64,000 nt of DNA, taken from contig NC_042998.1 in the NCBI RefSeq assembly GCF_006345805.1, forward strand, positions 165,540,001 to 165,604,000, in the 5' to 3' direction. Under the pieces are notes generated by a model. The model did not search any database, was not told the origin of the DNA, and was given only the letters and a program-made list of their open reading frames with translations. Both the position numbers and the translations under genes were made by a program. The stretch is from Octopus sinensis (Eukaryota). Below, piece by piece: positions 1 to 12,640 of this stretch; within the stretch, counting starts at the first letter, position 1; each line of letters opens with the position of its first letter.

Positions 1-87
1 AAAGGTCAATGCATTTCTTAGTGGTAAGACCATAGTGGATCTACTTCTAGCATAAGGGTTTCTACATAGTGGTTTTCCTCTTATATG

Positions 88-119
<32 letters not shown>

Positions 120-130
<11 letters not shown>

Positions 131-240
131 ATCACGTGACCGACCAGACCATCAGATGTTGTTACACATCGCTGGTCACAGTGCGTTCGCATTGTTTTAG
201 CCTTCGAATGACGCCACCCCGCTGGCTAAGTGAGCAGGCC
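120..240 (-). mobile_element. 3' fragment of tRNA-derived SINE (family C)
   Basis: Reverse complement matches the 3' part of the full copy at 12639-12921 (atcagatgttg.tacacatcgctggtcaca...acgccaccccgctggctaag). Confidence 0.75.
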
Positions 241-244
241 AATA

Positions 245-720
245 TATATATGCATTCGCTTTGGGACAGATTTCGTCAAATTGATGTCACGATGGCGAGT
301 GTGCAAAATGCCTAAACTTTGCTTGAGAAATAAAATACTCTTACCTAATCAAAATCTGAAACGCTGGGGAATTAAAACAACGAATTGAAATAATAAATTT
401 TAGCAAATCAAAACAATTCGCATTGAAATGCAGAATTAGCAAATGCTAAATAAATTACCGTTAATAAGGTGTCTGTTGATAGCCATGAAACATTTTTTGT
501 CGAATTGTTGTCACGATGGCTAGTGCAAAAAAAGGCCGAAATTTTTTCGATTTTTGAAAAATCGATGCTGATTAAAAATCGACCTTTTTTTAAAATTCCA
601 AGTGCGCAAGTGACCGGATGGGCATAAGCCCCTACTCATGTCAAGTTTCATTAAGGTCTGTTAGTTAGTCTTGGAGGAGTTACAGTAACAAATTCACAAA
701 CACACCAGCTTGACATTTAT
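245..720. mobile_element. Possible non-autonomous Helitron/Helentron-like (Lep1/DINE-type) element
   Basis: Internal repeat tgtcacgatggc at ~286 and ~509; terminal segment aagtttcattaaggtctg...ggaggagttacag...caaacacacc running into a microsatellite resembles such elements. Family assignment is from memory only. Confidence 0.3.
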
Positions 721-725
721 TATTA

Positions 726-781
<56 letters not shown>

Positions 782-813
782 CATTATTATTATTAACATT
801 ATCATTATTATGT

Positions 814-865
<52 letters not shown>
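718..865. repeat. Compound (ATT)n/(AT)n microsatellite
   Basis: Direct reading. Confidence 0.95.
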
Positions 866-867
<2 letters not shown>

Positions 868-1119
868 CACTTCATCACTCGGGTTTCTCTCCATTATGTC
901 ACATACGTATTTCTACACATGTATATCTTCCTTATGCGTCTCTTCTGACTTTCTGCACCTCTTATTATGATTAATATCATCATCATCAACGGCAGCAGCA
1001 TTTCTCTCGCATACCAGTCTTTATTTTACTCTCCTTGTCCTAGTCCGTCTTTTCCATCCCTCTGTTTCTCTTTTTTACTTTTTTACATCGTCACATGTCT
1101 CTCTTTCATTTCCAACATT

Positions 1120-1179
<60 letters not shown>

Positions 1180-1379
1180 GTCTTATTTATTTGTATTCAT
1201 CTGCATCTCTATCTATTCCTGTTTCTTTTATACTTCTGTATTGTAAAGACTCCTAAATTGCAAGAGTGTTACAGAATAGATTAATCATTGGTGCACTCAA
1301 CCGGAGAGAGTAACAACTGATGTTAGAAAAAGAGTGTATTAGAAATAAAGAAGACGAAAGAGAAATATAAAAAACGTAA

Positions 1380-1395
1380 GTCCATATATATATAT

Positions 1396-1427
<32 letters not shown>

Positions 1428-1516
1428 ATAAATGTATACATGTATAATATATATATATATATAGTACATATAATGAAGTATACGCAAAGGAATATAGATA
1501 TTTACGCAATATATCA

Positions 1517-1554
<38 letters not shown>

Positions 1555-1605
1555 ATTTTCTATTTGTATATATATATATATATATATGTACATACATAAT
1601 ATATG

Positions 1606-1674
<69 letters not shown>

Positions 1675-1700
1675 TTATACATACATGCATGGGTGCATGT
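1380..1700. repeat. Interrupted (AT)n microsatellite
   Basis: Direct reading; source of the spurious YI-repeat ORFs. Confidence 0.95.
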
Positions 1701-2084
1701 GTGTGTATGTATGTACATGAATTAAAAGAAAATACAAGGAAAAATGTAAAGCTACAGAGAAATGTTAAAGAATGAATGACTGACTATCTACATAGATGAC
1801 AAAAAAGAAAAAATTTAGACAAATCAACGTGGAGATAATATTTAAGAACAAACGTGCAAAAGCTTAAATATAAGAAAATATAAGAAAACGAAAAATATTA
1901 GAAATACTGATATATTTTGAAAGAACGAAAGAATGAAATGTATAAACTGAAGGAGAAAGAAACGCAAAATACAAGTAAAGACGAAATATAATATGAAAGA
2001 GAGAAGAAAAGAATACAGAAATATATGTAAAGAAAATGGCCGAGTTGTTAAGAAGCTCATTTTGCAACCATGTGACGAACGGCG

Positions 2085-4412
2085 ACCACAACTGCTCACA
2101 GTTAAGGAAACGCTGCAGATGTCGCAGCCTCAGCGCATGTCTGTACATCATTAGCCACATCATGCCCAGTCCTCTACTCAGCGGCGGTTGACAGTAGACA
2201 GATCCTCTAACGAGCAGAACACATCCCTTCCATAGAAAGTAGAAGAGTAAGCGTTCCAACCTTATCAGGCACGAATTGGGGCAAGGGAAGACGGTCAGGT
2301 GGTAGTAGAGGACGAAAGCGATTTACACATTCGCCACCTCCGCCTGGCCATTCAGAGACAGCTTCCACTTTGCCCATTTCTAAGTGAGATTGGCCACCCT
2401 GCCCATCTCCTCCCCCTCCCAGTTCTTGTCTACCTGGAGGTCTGGACCAAACCAAACACTGAGTAATTTAACAGGTCCTTCTGTCCAGCGCCCTACAACG
2501 CTGTCGATTTGCATGGACCTGCCTCTGAAGGTGCCGAGCATATCTGCGCGTTACCAACTAACTTATCGACGACAAGCGCCAACCTCTTGGCTAACACCTT
2601 AGCCAAAATTTTAGAATCTGCATTCAGCAGAGTTCTAGGCCTAAAATTATCAATTTTGTCCCCCTTGTTCGGGTCCTTCCTCAACAACACCACCACTCTA
2701 TGGCTCACGGCGTTGGGAATTCTCCCATTTTGCTGTATATGAAAATAAAGCTCGAAGGGCAGACCATCCCGTCCGAGAGACATCTTTCTTTCGTAGCTCG
2801 TCATCTTCAGCTGTTATCAGCACTTCGTAGAACTCTGCATCCCTAGCTGAGAGGCACGGCATTCCACTGAGCTAGGAAGTGAAATCCACCACCATGCCAG
2901 AACCACTGCGTGCCACATACAGTTCGGCGAAGTGCCGTTGAAATTCCGCACACATCTGCTTGGACTCGGTTATCATGCTCCCATCACAGCTTGCTAAAGA
3001 CCGAATTGTTGCTTTCTTTCCACGTAGCGCCTCTGCCACCCGGCCCATCGAACGGCTTTCGTCCCCTCCCGTCTCAGTGCACGCACCCTAGCTCTGACAA
3101 CTAAATTTTTGTGCTTGACAATCTCACCACTAGCACGTCTGTCGCAATGCCTTTCCTAAACGCCTCTTCTAGCTTCTTAACTAGGTCTCCCTCTATCCTA
3201 CATTCCTCTAACGCTATTTCCTTACTAAAACCTACTGCATCTACTCTAATAGCCCTTTTCAGGGTTGTCCACCATCCGTTGTTGGCGATTGGACTAACAT
3301 GCTAACCCGGTTTCTGAAAGCTTAGCGCACCGGGAAGCACGTATTCAGGTTTCAGTATCCTGGGCCCTGTCTATAGATCCTATCTATGTCAACCGTACAG
3401 ATCATAAATTTATGGTTCGTGTAGCCAACGATTTTGAAACGTGGACAATTTATACTACTTCTATCAACAACCCTACAAAATTATCTAAATACGATCTGGA
3501 AGACCCGATGCGGTTTGCCCATGTCGACATTGGCGCATTGGGGAAATTCAGTTGGTACCTGTCAGCCAACTGGAAGTGACTGAGCAGGTTTGTTAGGCTA
3601 TTACTTTCCACTCCTGTCAGCTAGCCCCACCCTATTCAGGCATGCGTCCAAAATGTCGGTCCAGTCATTCACTAGCATAAAAGTGCGTCACTTCCCATGG
3701 AAAACCTCCAAACACATGAAGAAATCTGGCTACCCCGCTCCCGTGGGGACGTAAACAGCGACTAGTCTAAAGGCACCACCTTCACTGTCGCTCATGTCCA
3801 AGACCACCAACTTACCCTCTGAGTCCAGGAAGATTGTCTGAACTTCGAGATGCAGGTCTTTCCTAAACAGCACTGCCATCCCCGCCTCACACTCCAAGCC
3901 GATTAAGAGATGTGTAGATCTTATAATCGTCGAAAATGGGTGCAACATCACGTGTGTCGGAAATCCTGATCTCATCGGCTGCTATCACATCCAAACCTAG
4001 CGACCCGAAGTCATTGAGCAAACGACGTTACTTTTAGGATGACCTCAGGACGCGAACATTTATGCGACTCACTCTAACAATCGCAATGACGTCTCGAAAG
4101 AGTTGGGGAAAAGAAAAAAGAGCGGGGTTACTTACCCTCTTGAAGTTGTTGGCAGCTCGGTAACCCGAGACTCGGATAAGGTTGTGGTTCCTCTGGAAAA
4201 GCGGCTAAAAGCCTCTTCGTGGCATGGACGTTTGGCCTTCCTGCATTGTGCGGAAATCACTCTGAACGTCTTTGTAAACTTTGAGGAGTAGCCGAATTAG
4301 CATTAAATGATCCGGAACCCTAAGGGTGCTGGTGTCATAAGTTGCATCCTCTCTCTCAATCTCCTTGTTTCTGGCTATGAGAGTCATCAAATGTTTGTTG
4401 GCTCTCCTCACG
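2085..4412 (-). mobile_element. Decayed L1/Tx1-clade LINE (ORF1 end, APE endonuclease, partial RT, post-RT region)
   Basis: Minus-strand peptides: IVRVSRINVRVLRS..LLNDFGSLGLDVIA (APE start, ~4080), GMAVLFRKDL..DSEGKLVVLD..FRLVAVYVP (APE), GRDGLPFELY..NFRPRTLLNADSKILAKVLAKRL (RT), KLLSVWFGPD..ERLLFYFLWKG..RGLGMMWL..HALRLRHL (post-RT). Many stops and frameshifts. Confidence 0.9.
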
Positions 4413-4638
4413 AGCATTATGTGTCTTAAATGCTCTTTGGATACTTCCATGTTAGAAAAGGGTTTTAATCAAAGAAATTTTAATTCTATTATTCTGTAAA
4501 ATAATATTTAATTAATTTAAATGTACACAAATGCATAAAAATAATTTTTAATTCCATTAGACATTCTAAAATACTATTAAATTTCATTCAATTTTAAAAA
4601 AAGGTAAAATCGGCCAGAAGTTATGGGATGACCTGATA
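4413..4638 (-). mobile_element. 5' fragment of mariner transposon (left TIR plus first 13 codons)
   Basis: Reverse complement matches 35544-35768, including the TIR tatcaggtcatcccataa and MEVSKEHLRHIML. Confidence 0.9.
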
Positions 4639-5269
4639 TATGCCATTATATCCCTCTCTGTCTCTTTCCAGTGTTTGTCCGTCCCCACCGTTGTGGTTTT
4701 GTTTACATTTCCGTAGCTTAGCGGTTCGGGAGTATATGTACGAAATTTAAGATTAGTGTCACTTAAAGAAATAAATTAATTGTGGCATTGTCCAGTCATT
4801 GTTTTGACACATTGACCTCTGACATTTTAGCAGGCTAACCTTTGGTATGATTTCACTCTCTTCAATAATGTCTGAATGGGTAGGACAACGCACATCTTGT
4901 GGTATTTCTTCTCCGAATTAAATTTCTGTTTTAATTCACGATTTTTTCATAATGTAATCAAATTATTCATAAAAAAAGAATGCATCTGAAGTGAAACTTA
5001 AATCCATTTGTGTCCTTACTATGTGCGTGCGTGCGTGTGTGTGTGTGTGTGTATGTGCATGTATCTACATACATGCACTCATATGTATATATATATATAC
5101 ATAACGTAAAGTGTACTAGCCATCTGAATGTGGCTAGCCACTGGGGGTGGGTGTTACTGAAGCTTATAGCCCCAGGAGATCATCGTCTCCAGCTGGCTTT
5201 AGACACACTGTCTGTGTCCTTCTGATATTCACAAAGGGAGGTCATCCCCTCTCGAAAACCTAAGTGATA

Positions 5270-5314
5270 CATACGGACTATAGTTTCGAGGTATTTGCCT
5301 CTCGTCAACGTACG
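5270..5314 (-). ncRNA. Minimal type-I hammerhead ribozyme motif, C3U variant
   Basis: Minus strand: cgtacg TTGACGA gagg caaata cctc GAAA ctatag TC^ cgtatg. Stem I 6 bp (one G-U), stem II 4 bp, palindromic stem III ACTATAGT, GUC site. Confidence 0.7.
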
Positions 5315-5447
5315 GTAATCACCGATTTTCGATTGGGGAGACCTGTTTGCGAATATCTATTTAATGTTTTTCCCAGCAACCACTGTCACTGATTTAGAAA
5401 AACTGAAAGCATTAATAATAATATATATAGATACATATAAATATACA

Positions 5448-5478
<31 letters not shown>

Positions 5479-6269
5479 GTAATCTATATTGTATTTCAAA
5501 TTTTTGAAACATTTCTCTGTTATTTCTATATTTTTGGAATATATATAACCATATTTGATGACAGAATATTAATTATTTATTTCAATAGTAAAATAATGGA
5601 CCAGGAACGAACACACACACACACAAATAAGAAATTATATAAATCAAAATTTAACTGTGTTAAAAACTGAATGGAAAAGTAAGGTACGAAAGAGTGAGTA
5701 TATAAATATATACATGAAAATAAATGAAAGAAATAAAAACAGTAAATATAGTGATAAATCAAAAAGGACGAAGCCGCTAATAGATGAATGTTTAAATGAC
5801 GAACAAAAGAAATGAAAGTCAAGTAAAGACAAAAATAAACAACAAAATATTTACTATATAAATGGATGAAACGACGAGGAACTTAAAAGACATGGAAAGA
5901 TGAAAAGAAATTTGAAACAATGAAAATGGTGAATAATAGAAAGGATCTGAACGAAAAGATAAAAAAAAACAAATATAGAAAGAGATTTGAGTGAAGGACA
6001 GAGTGAATGACAGGAAAAAATGAATATGAAACGAGAACTACAGATATTAGAACAAAGTAAATATTTTAAAAGAATGAATATACAAAGTTTATGACCTGAT
6101 GATAAGAACAAAAACGAAACGAATGGAGAGACGAAACACATGTAGAGACGTGAAAGAATTCTATGACAGAGTGAAAGAATTCTATATAAGTATATATAGA
6201 TGAGTATGCATGGAAATAAAAATGGCAAAAAAGAAATGTGCTTTGGAGCTTTGTGTATGTGCGTGTGAG

Positions 6270-6360
6270 TGAGTGTTTTTTTTTAAGCCTGGTACTTATT
6301 CTATCGATTTATTTCGCCGAACCGGTAAGTTATGTGGACGTAAACACAGCAACACTAGCG
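6270..6360 (-). mobile_element. SINE family B 3' tail fragment
   Basis: Similar to tails at 9505-9700, 12990-13190, 51625-51800 and 54490-54690. Confidence 0.6.
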
Positions 6361-6673
6361 TTTTTACATCCTACACAAATACATATCGTTGCTATTATGT
6401 TAAACTGTCGTATGTCGAAATTTGGCCAAATGTGTGTTTTCTTTTTTTCAATATTTATTTTTGCTTGCAATAGCCGGTTCTTTTGGTCAAACTATCGTAT
6501 CTCTAGCTGCTTTAGATACCAAGATACCAAAAATTATCAAAGTGGTGTACGAAGGTTTTGCTATGGGATGGTGAAACAAAATTTTTCGTTTTCTGAAAAA
6601 GCAACGCTTTGGACTTACGACATTTTTGCATAAAGAAATTATATGTAATGGCTATTATTTTAAACTTTTTCTT

Positions 6674-7160
6674 AGAATATTCCCCTTCTTCGGTTGTCCC
6701 TGTTTCAACTACTCTGCGAATCGAAGACAAGGACAAGACGCTAATCCGCCATTCTTGATCTAATCATTCGTTCGCCTATCTTACAGAATTGAGAATGAAT
6801 CTTAAGTATGAATGTTAATTATCTATGATGTAGATGTGCATGTTTAAAGATTAGTTCTAAAATAATTTTCTTGCTCTAAGCCAACATATATTCAATTCTT
6901 TATATTTGTTCAAGATGTCATCACTAAAAATGTAATAGGTGATAGTGAGGATAGGTTTCCAATGAGAAACTCCGGCTACATTTAAACATATCCAGAGTTA
7001 TCTCTCTTCCTTGACGACGTAAAAAAGAAAAATAAGCATTATTAATCATCGAATAATATTATTTTTCTTTCACTACATTATTGATCATAACTTTAGTTTT
7101 TAAATGTTTAAACTATTAGAGGATCACTGCTGTTGGCAGCAATGCTTCAGCGGTAGGATT
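6674..7160 (+). repeat. Direct duplication, copy 1 (partner 14102-14596)
   Basis: About 490 bp, visually >90% identical to 14102-14596; both copies end in (GT)n. Confidence 0.95.
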
Positions 7161-7173
7161 GTGTGTGTGTGTG

Positions 7174-7215
<42 letters not shown>

Positions 7216-7216
<1 letters not shown>

Positions 7217-7880
7217 AGGGTGTAATGTGTAAATTGTCGCCATTTTATATTTTTGATTTTGCACATGCGCATAGTTTCATTTTAATTTTGTCGACTACAC
7301 AGTATAGTAGGGCCAGTTGGGCACCGTCTGTGAGAAAACAGTACCATGGCACTAGAAGTTTTGGAAAGACATGCTGTATGACATGGCATTCGCGCCAGAA
7401 GCTACAATACGAACATTTATGAGAGTTTGGGTGTCCGTCTGTGGATATGTACCGATAATGATAAAAATCAAACATCCAATCAACACCATGTTATTTGGAG
7501 TGATCACTTGATGATGACGTTATGTCTCTATTCGTTTTCCCACACGGCCTCAGACTCAACACGGAGGCCTACATCAAGTTCCTGGGGGAGATAGTGATGC
7601 CATGGGTCAACGGGGTGGCTGCTGGAAGACCCTATGTCTAGCAACAGGACTCTACACCATGCCACACAAGCAGGAGAACCCAGTCATGGCTATCAGACAA
7701 TTTCTCCGACCACATCACCCCTGGCCACCTAACTCCCTAGACTGCAACCCAGTCTATTATGTGTAGAGTGCAGTTGAGCGAGAGACCAACAAAACTCCTT
7801 GTAACACCAAAGATGAACTGAAGGCAAGAATTATGGCAGTATTCACGAATTTAAACAAGGGGACCATCCAGAAGATATTT
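7216..7880 (+). mobile_element. Internally deleted Tc1/mariner-superfamily element, maT/DD37D-like
   Basis: TA|CAGGGTG left terminus at 7214-7222; peptide HGLRLNTEAYIKFL..GRPYV*QQDSTPCHTSRRTQSWL..WPPNS.DCNP..YYV..VERETNKTPCNTKDELKARI with stops and frameshifts. Confidence 0.8.
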
Positions 7881-8023
7881 TGATGTAACTTATATCTGTT
7901 AAATATATCTGTTAAAATGACATGTAAGTGTAATTTTCATTTTTGCGTAATTTAGACGACAATATATTCACCGGACCCTGTATATATTTATATATAGCAT
8001 GGGTGTTCGTGCTTGTCTTTATA

Positions 8024-8640
8024 TCTATATATATAACACTCAACTTGTGTGTCTGTGTGTATATCTGTGTCTGTGTGTGTATCTGTGTGTGTGCCTGTGT
8101 GTTTAACTTCCCGGCACATCTCCTCCTAGCCAACAAATCGTAGAACCACCAAAAATAGGTCACTTAAAGTTTAGGCGAATGAAAATTGAACTGCGCTATT
8201 TCTGTTCCGAAATTCATCTCGCAAGTGCAAAAATCGATAATGTGTTTGTTTAGGCCTTATCCCATGCATTGAATAGTGAACTTTACTCAGTCAGCTGTTT
8301 GACGTGAACTGTGTTCAACACGCGTGCAAGCATGCGTAAATTGCATGAAAAATAAAAAAATCAAGATACAAAAACGAATCGCCGTAAACATTGTAGAAAT
8401 TCGGCAAAGAAATGAATTTTCGGGATGTAGCCTGGAGGGTTTTTTCGTATTAATCGTTTGGACTTTGTGAATACATACCAATTGTTTTCATAACATTTTT
8501 AACGCTTTGAATTAAATGTGACCATTTTGCGTTGAGTCTGCAGTTTGAATCACTTTAACCAAATTTTAGCAGGCTGGATTTTTGATCATCACGATACATC
8601 GCCAGCGACTCCCTGAAACTCTCCCCTGAAATCCCCGTTG
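8024..8640 (+). mobile_element. Helitron 5' portion (no 3' CTAG of its own)
   Basis: A|TCTATATATATAACACTCAACTTGTGTGTCTG start; the same start motif recurs at ~8645. Confidence 0.55.
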
Positions 8641-8753
8641 AGAAATATATATATATATAAAACTCAACTTGTGTGTCTGTGTGTGTGTCTGTGTGTTTAA
8701 CTTTTGGATCTACCAAGTTTCATTATTAAGGATGGAAAGCAGTGTGTAGCAAA

Positions 8754-9143
8754 TCTATATATATATAAAGCTGAAGTTGTCTGTGTGTGGCAGGTTTGGT
8801 AGCCTTCAACTAACACTATCTCCTTCGAGACCCTGCAGCGCAAGTTGACCAAAATTGAGAGTATGATAGAAGAAGGCTTGCTCTTCATTCTGTAGGAGAT
8901 AAAATTCAAATCGGACCATGTTAATACCAAAAGTTATTTACATCAAAAAGGTGCTTTTTTCTATGGAAATCCCTATTTTTTACGATTTTTGACTGCTGTG
9001 TCACCATTTTTCGGTGTATTTCAACTGGAAAAATGTTCACTTGAAGAGAATAACAAGTTGCATAATGTAAAATTTTTACTTTTCAAAAATTACAATTCTA
9101 AAAGGTCGAAACAAACCCAAGCAACACCGGGTGATAGTGCTAG
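8754..9143 (+). mobile_element. Non-autonomous Helitron
   Basis: 5' A|TC (tctatatatatataaagctgaagttgtctg); 3' imperfect GC hairpin gcaacaccgggtgatagtg then CTAG|T; A-T target, no TSD. Confidence 0.8.
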
Positions 9144-9344
9144 TAAATTAATAAAATTGGATGAAAGAAGGAAAGATAAGCCGAGATAGAAACGCAAAAC
9201 AATGATTTTAATGAATATATAAATATAAAACAGAACATGAAGGAAATAGAGAAACTTGTAAAATCAGAGCAGAGTATGAAATAACGGAAGACAGAATATA
9301 TAACTGAAAAATGGAAAGAAATGAAAAAAAAATAGATTAAGTAG

Positions 9345-9495
9345 ACAGATGCAGGCGTTGCTGTGTAGTAAAACGTTTGCTTCCCAACTACATGGTTCCA
9401 GGTTCCCTCCCACAGCGTGTCTTTTACTATTGCTTCGGCTGACCACAACTTTGGATTTGGTTGACAGAAATTGAAAGAAGACCGTCGTGTGTATA
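9345..9495 (+). mobile_element. SINE family B head/body
   Basis: tRNA-like head (..tttgcttcccaactacatggttccaggttc..) and body shared with 12440-12605 and 62512-62680. Confidence 0.7.
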
Positions 9496-9504
9496 TATAT
9501 TTAT

Positions 9505-9860
9505 ATTTTACTTGCTTCACTTATTAGCCTGCGGCCATTCTGGGGTACCGCCTTGAAGTTCTTCAAGTCGAGTGAATCGACCCCAGTACTTGTTCTTTTT
9601 AAAGCTTGGTACTTATTCTTTCGGAATCTTTGGGTGAACCGCTAATTTACAGGGACGTAAACAAAACAGCACCTATTGTCAAGCTGTGGTGTGGAGCAAG
9701 TACACACAGACATACACACACATACGCACACACACACATCCACGTACGCGCACATAGACACACACACACACACACATATACATGTGTATACAACGGACTT
9801 CTTTCAATTTCCGTCTACCAAATCTACTCACAAGGCTTTGGTCAACCCGAGGCTATAGAC
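9505..9860 (-). mobile_element. SINE family B, 5'-truncated, with internal (CA)n
   Basis: Body 9790-9860, microsatellite 9705-9790, tail 9505-9700; same order as the + copy at 51405-51800. Confidence 0.7.
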
Positions 9861-10070
9861 AAGACAAATAAAATTATAAATGAACGAAACAATTGTAATA
9901 TAAATGAATGGAAAATGGAAAGGAATGTAAAAGCAAGAAATCAAAATAATGAAACAGTGCATATATAAATATAAGTAAAGAAAAAGGAATGACATGAAAA
10001 TATAGAGATTTGTATGAATGAAAGACCGGTAGTATAAATGGATGAAAATGAAATATGTAACTGGGAGAAG

Positions 10071-10120
<50 letters not shown>

Positions 10121-10403
10121 TGAATGAACGCTTGAATGATTATATAGAAACTGAGAGAAAAAGATCGGAAACAAGCGAAAGCTGAAAGTATTATGAAAGA
10201 GGGAGTGAATGAATACACAAATATTCATTCCAAGAAATATATAGAAATCAGAGAAGTAAGAAATATGTACAGAATATGTAAGAAGAAGCGGAATGTGTCT
10301 ATCCAAAAACAGGAAAAAAATACCGGCTGTATAAATGAATGACATCGAATAAATGAAAGGACAGATAAGTCAGAATTAAAATAGGAATGCGAAGCTAAGT
10401 GAA

Positions 10404-10569
<166 letters not shown>

Positions 10570-10897
10570 CAGTGAGAGGACAAAATGGAATAGAGAGAAA
10601 AATAGACACAAAGGACAGAAAGTCGTTGAAGAGGTCACAGAATGTGCAAGAACTTTCTGGCAAATAAATTAATTATAATAAAGATAAAATGAAGATCAAA
10701 TAAATAGTGCGGGTGTTTAATTGAAAAAATGACCATTTCAAAATATAACGATATGTGTGTGTATGTGTGTGTGTGTGTGATGAGCATTTGGCCGAAACAT
10801 CAAAGTCACTGTCAATACTATTCTTGGTAAAGAGCAATATGTATGTGTGTGTGTGTGAGTGTGTGTGTGTAGAGAGAGAGAGGAGAGAGAGAGAGAG

Positions 10898-10899
<2 letters not shown>

Positions 10900-10985
<86 letters not shown>
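10900..10985. repeat. (ATAG)n tetranucleotide
   Basis: Direct reading. Confidence 0.97.
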
Positions 10986-10987
<2 letters not shown>

Positions 10988-11747
10988 GCTCAGATCACAC
11001 ACACACACACATGCACAGACAAAAATATAAGAAGGCTGGAGTTAGAGATATACTTCAAGAAATAGGAAAAACAAAGTGAAGATGAGCAGACCACTTAAGC
11101 AAAATTGAAGACTACGGTTTGTATTGCTTGAGAAGCGTTGAGAATTGCGTCGGGTTGGGATGGGGGCAGACAGAATAATTGATGGAAAGACAACATCGAA
11201 TGCACGAAAACATAAAAGCGATAATGAGAAGAACAGAATGATAATGGACAGGAAATGGTTGAAGTAAAATACGTGTAGACCTACACTGTTCTTTCTTATG
11301 CATGTATGTATATATGTACGTCTCTTCTACTTTTTAATTATCATAAATCTTCCACTGAGGAGGGAACCGGTTTCCAACAAAGATACCAGGCTCCATCTTT
11401 GGGATGTAGTTAACACAGACAAATTCACATTTGGAACTTGAGAAAAGTCTTGCATATTTTTACTGTTCCACTCATAGATTGAACTTGTAACGTACGAATC
11501 AGCCGGTCAGTTTCGCTTTCTGAAAATTCCAGTTAATCCAGATTCTCCTTTAAGCATTTACTAACAAAACCTAGTGCTCCAATTATTATTGGTATGAATA
11601 CGAATTCATAGTCTGGATATAGAAGCTGGAGGTTTCGAAGCAGTTGTCCTTCGATATCCTCTTTTTCTTTGATTTTCCAAGAGATATTTATATCTGCGGG
11701 GCAGCTAACCTTTATGATGGTACATACATTCGCTCCTCTGTCCCAAA

Positions 11748-11960
11748 TGTATGTATGTATGTATGTATGTATGTATGTATATATGTATGTATGTATGTGT
11801 GTATGTCCGTACGTACGTACGTACGTACGTATGTATGTATGTATGTAGGTAGGTAGGTAGGTAGGCAGGTAGGTAGATAGGTAGGTAGGTAGGTAGGTAG
11901 ATAGGTAGGTAGGTAGGTAGGTAGGTAGGTAGGTAGGTAGGTAGGTAGGTAGGTAAGTAG
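11748..11960. repeat. Compound (ATGT)n/(ACGT)n/(AGGT)n tetranucleotide
   Basis: Direct reading. Confidence 0.95.
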
Positions 11961-12439
11961 GTATATATGTATGTCATTATTCAGTTTTATTTCAAGATTT
12001 CTTGTCAATAGAGAAAAAGCCGGCTTCTAACCTAGATCCAAGGCTTTTTCATTGGAATTTCAACAACATTAACAGGGTATTTTTGAATGCGTGTATGTAT
12101 ATATATGTGTGCAGATTTGTATGTTTTGTTTTATGTATGTATTCTCATGCATATACTTGCATATCTGGACATGTTCATATATACTTAAATTATAAACTTC
12201 TGGAAAATTTTAAAGATTTTTTGCAGTACCAGTGATGGGTGTAGTGTTCGAATCAGCTTTCTCCTTTCTGTTATGTATGTATGTATGTATGTATGTATGT
12301 ATGTATGTATGTATGTATGTATGTATGCATGCATGCATGCATGCATGTATGTATGTATGTATGTATGTATGTATATCGCTTTTACTCCATATGATATAAT
12401 TTTTTTAATGAAAGAATTTTTTAAATATTAACATAACAT

Positions 12440-12602
12440 AGGTGCAGGCGTGGCTCTGAGGTAAGAAGCCTTTTCTCCAACCACATTGTTCCAGGCTCAG
12501 TCCCACTGCGTGGTACCTTACACAAGTGTCTTCTTCTATACCCTGGGGCCAACTTAAGCCTTGTGAGTGGATTTGGTCGACGAAAAGTAAAAGAAGCTTG
12601 TC

Positions 12603-12605
<3 letters not shown>
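12440..12605 (+). mobile_element. SINE family B head/body
   Basis: ggtgcaggcgtggctctgaggtaagaagc...cagtcccactgcgtggtaccttacacaagtgtcttcttctatacc...gtgagtggatttggtcgacg. Confidence 0.8.

Positions 12606-12638
<33 letters not shown>

Positions 12639-12640
<2 letters not shown>

Noticed and set aside
10775-10810. gtgatgag...ccgaaacatc hammerhead-like string
   Set aside because: C3 is missing and the stems do not pair; compatible with chance next to (GT)n.
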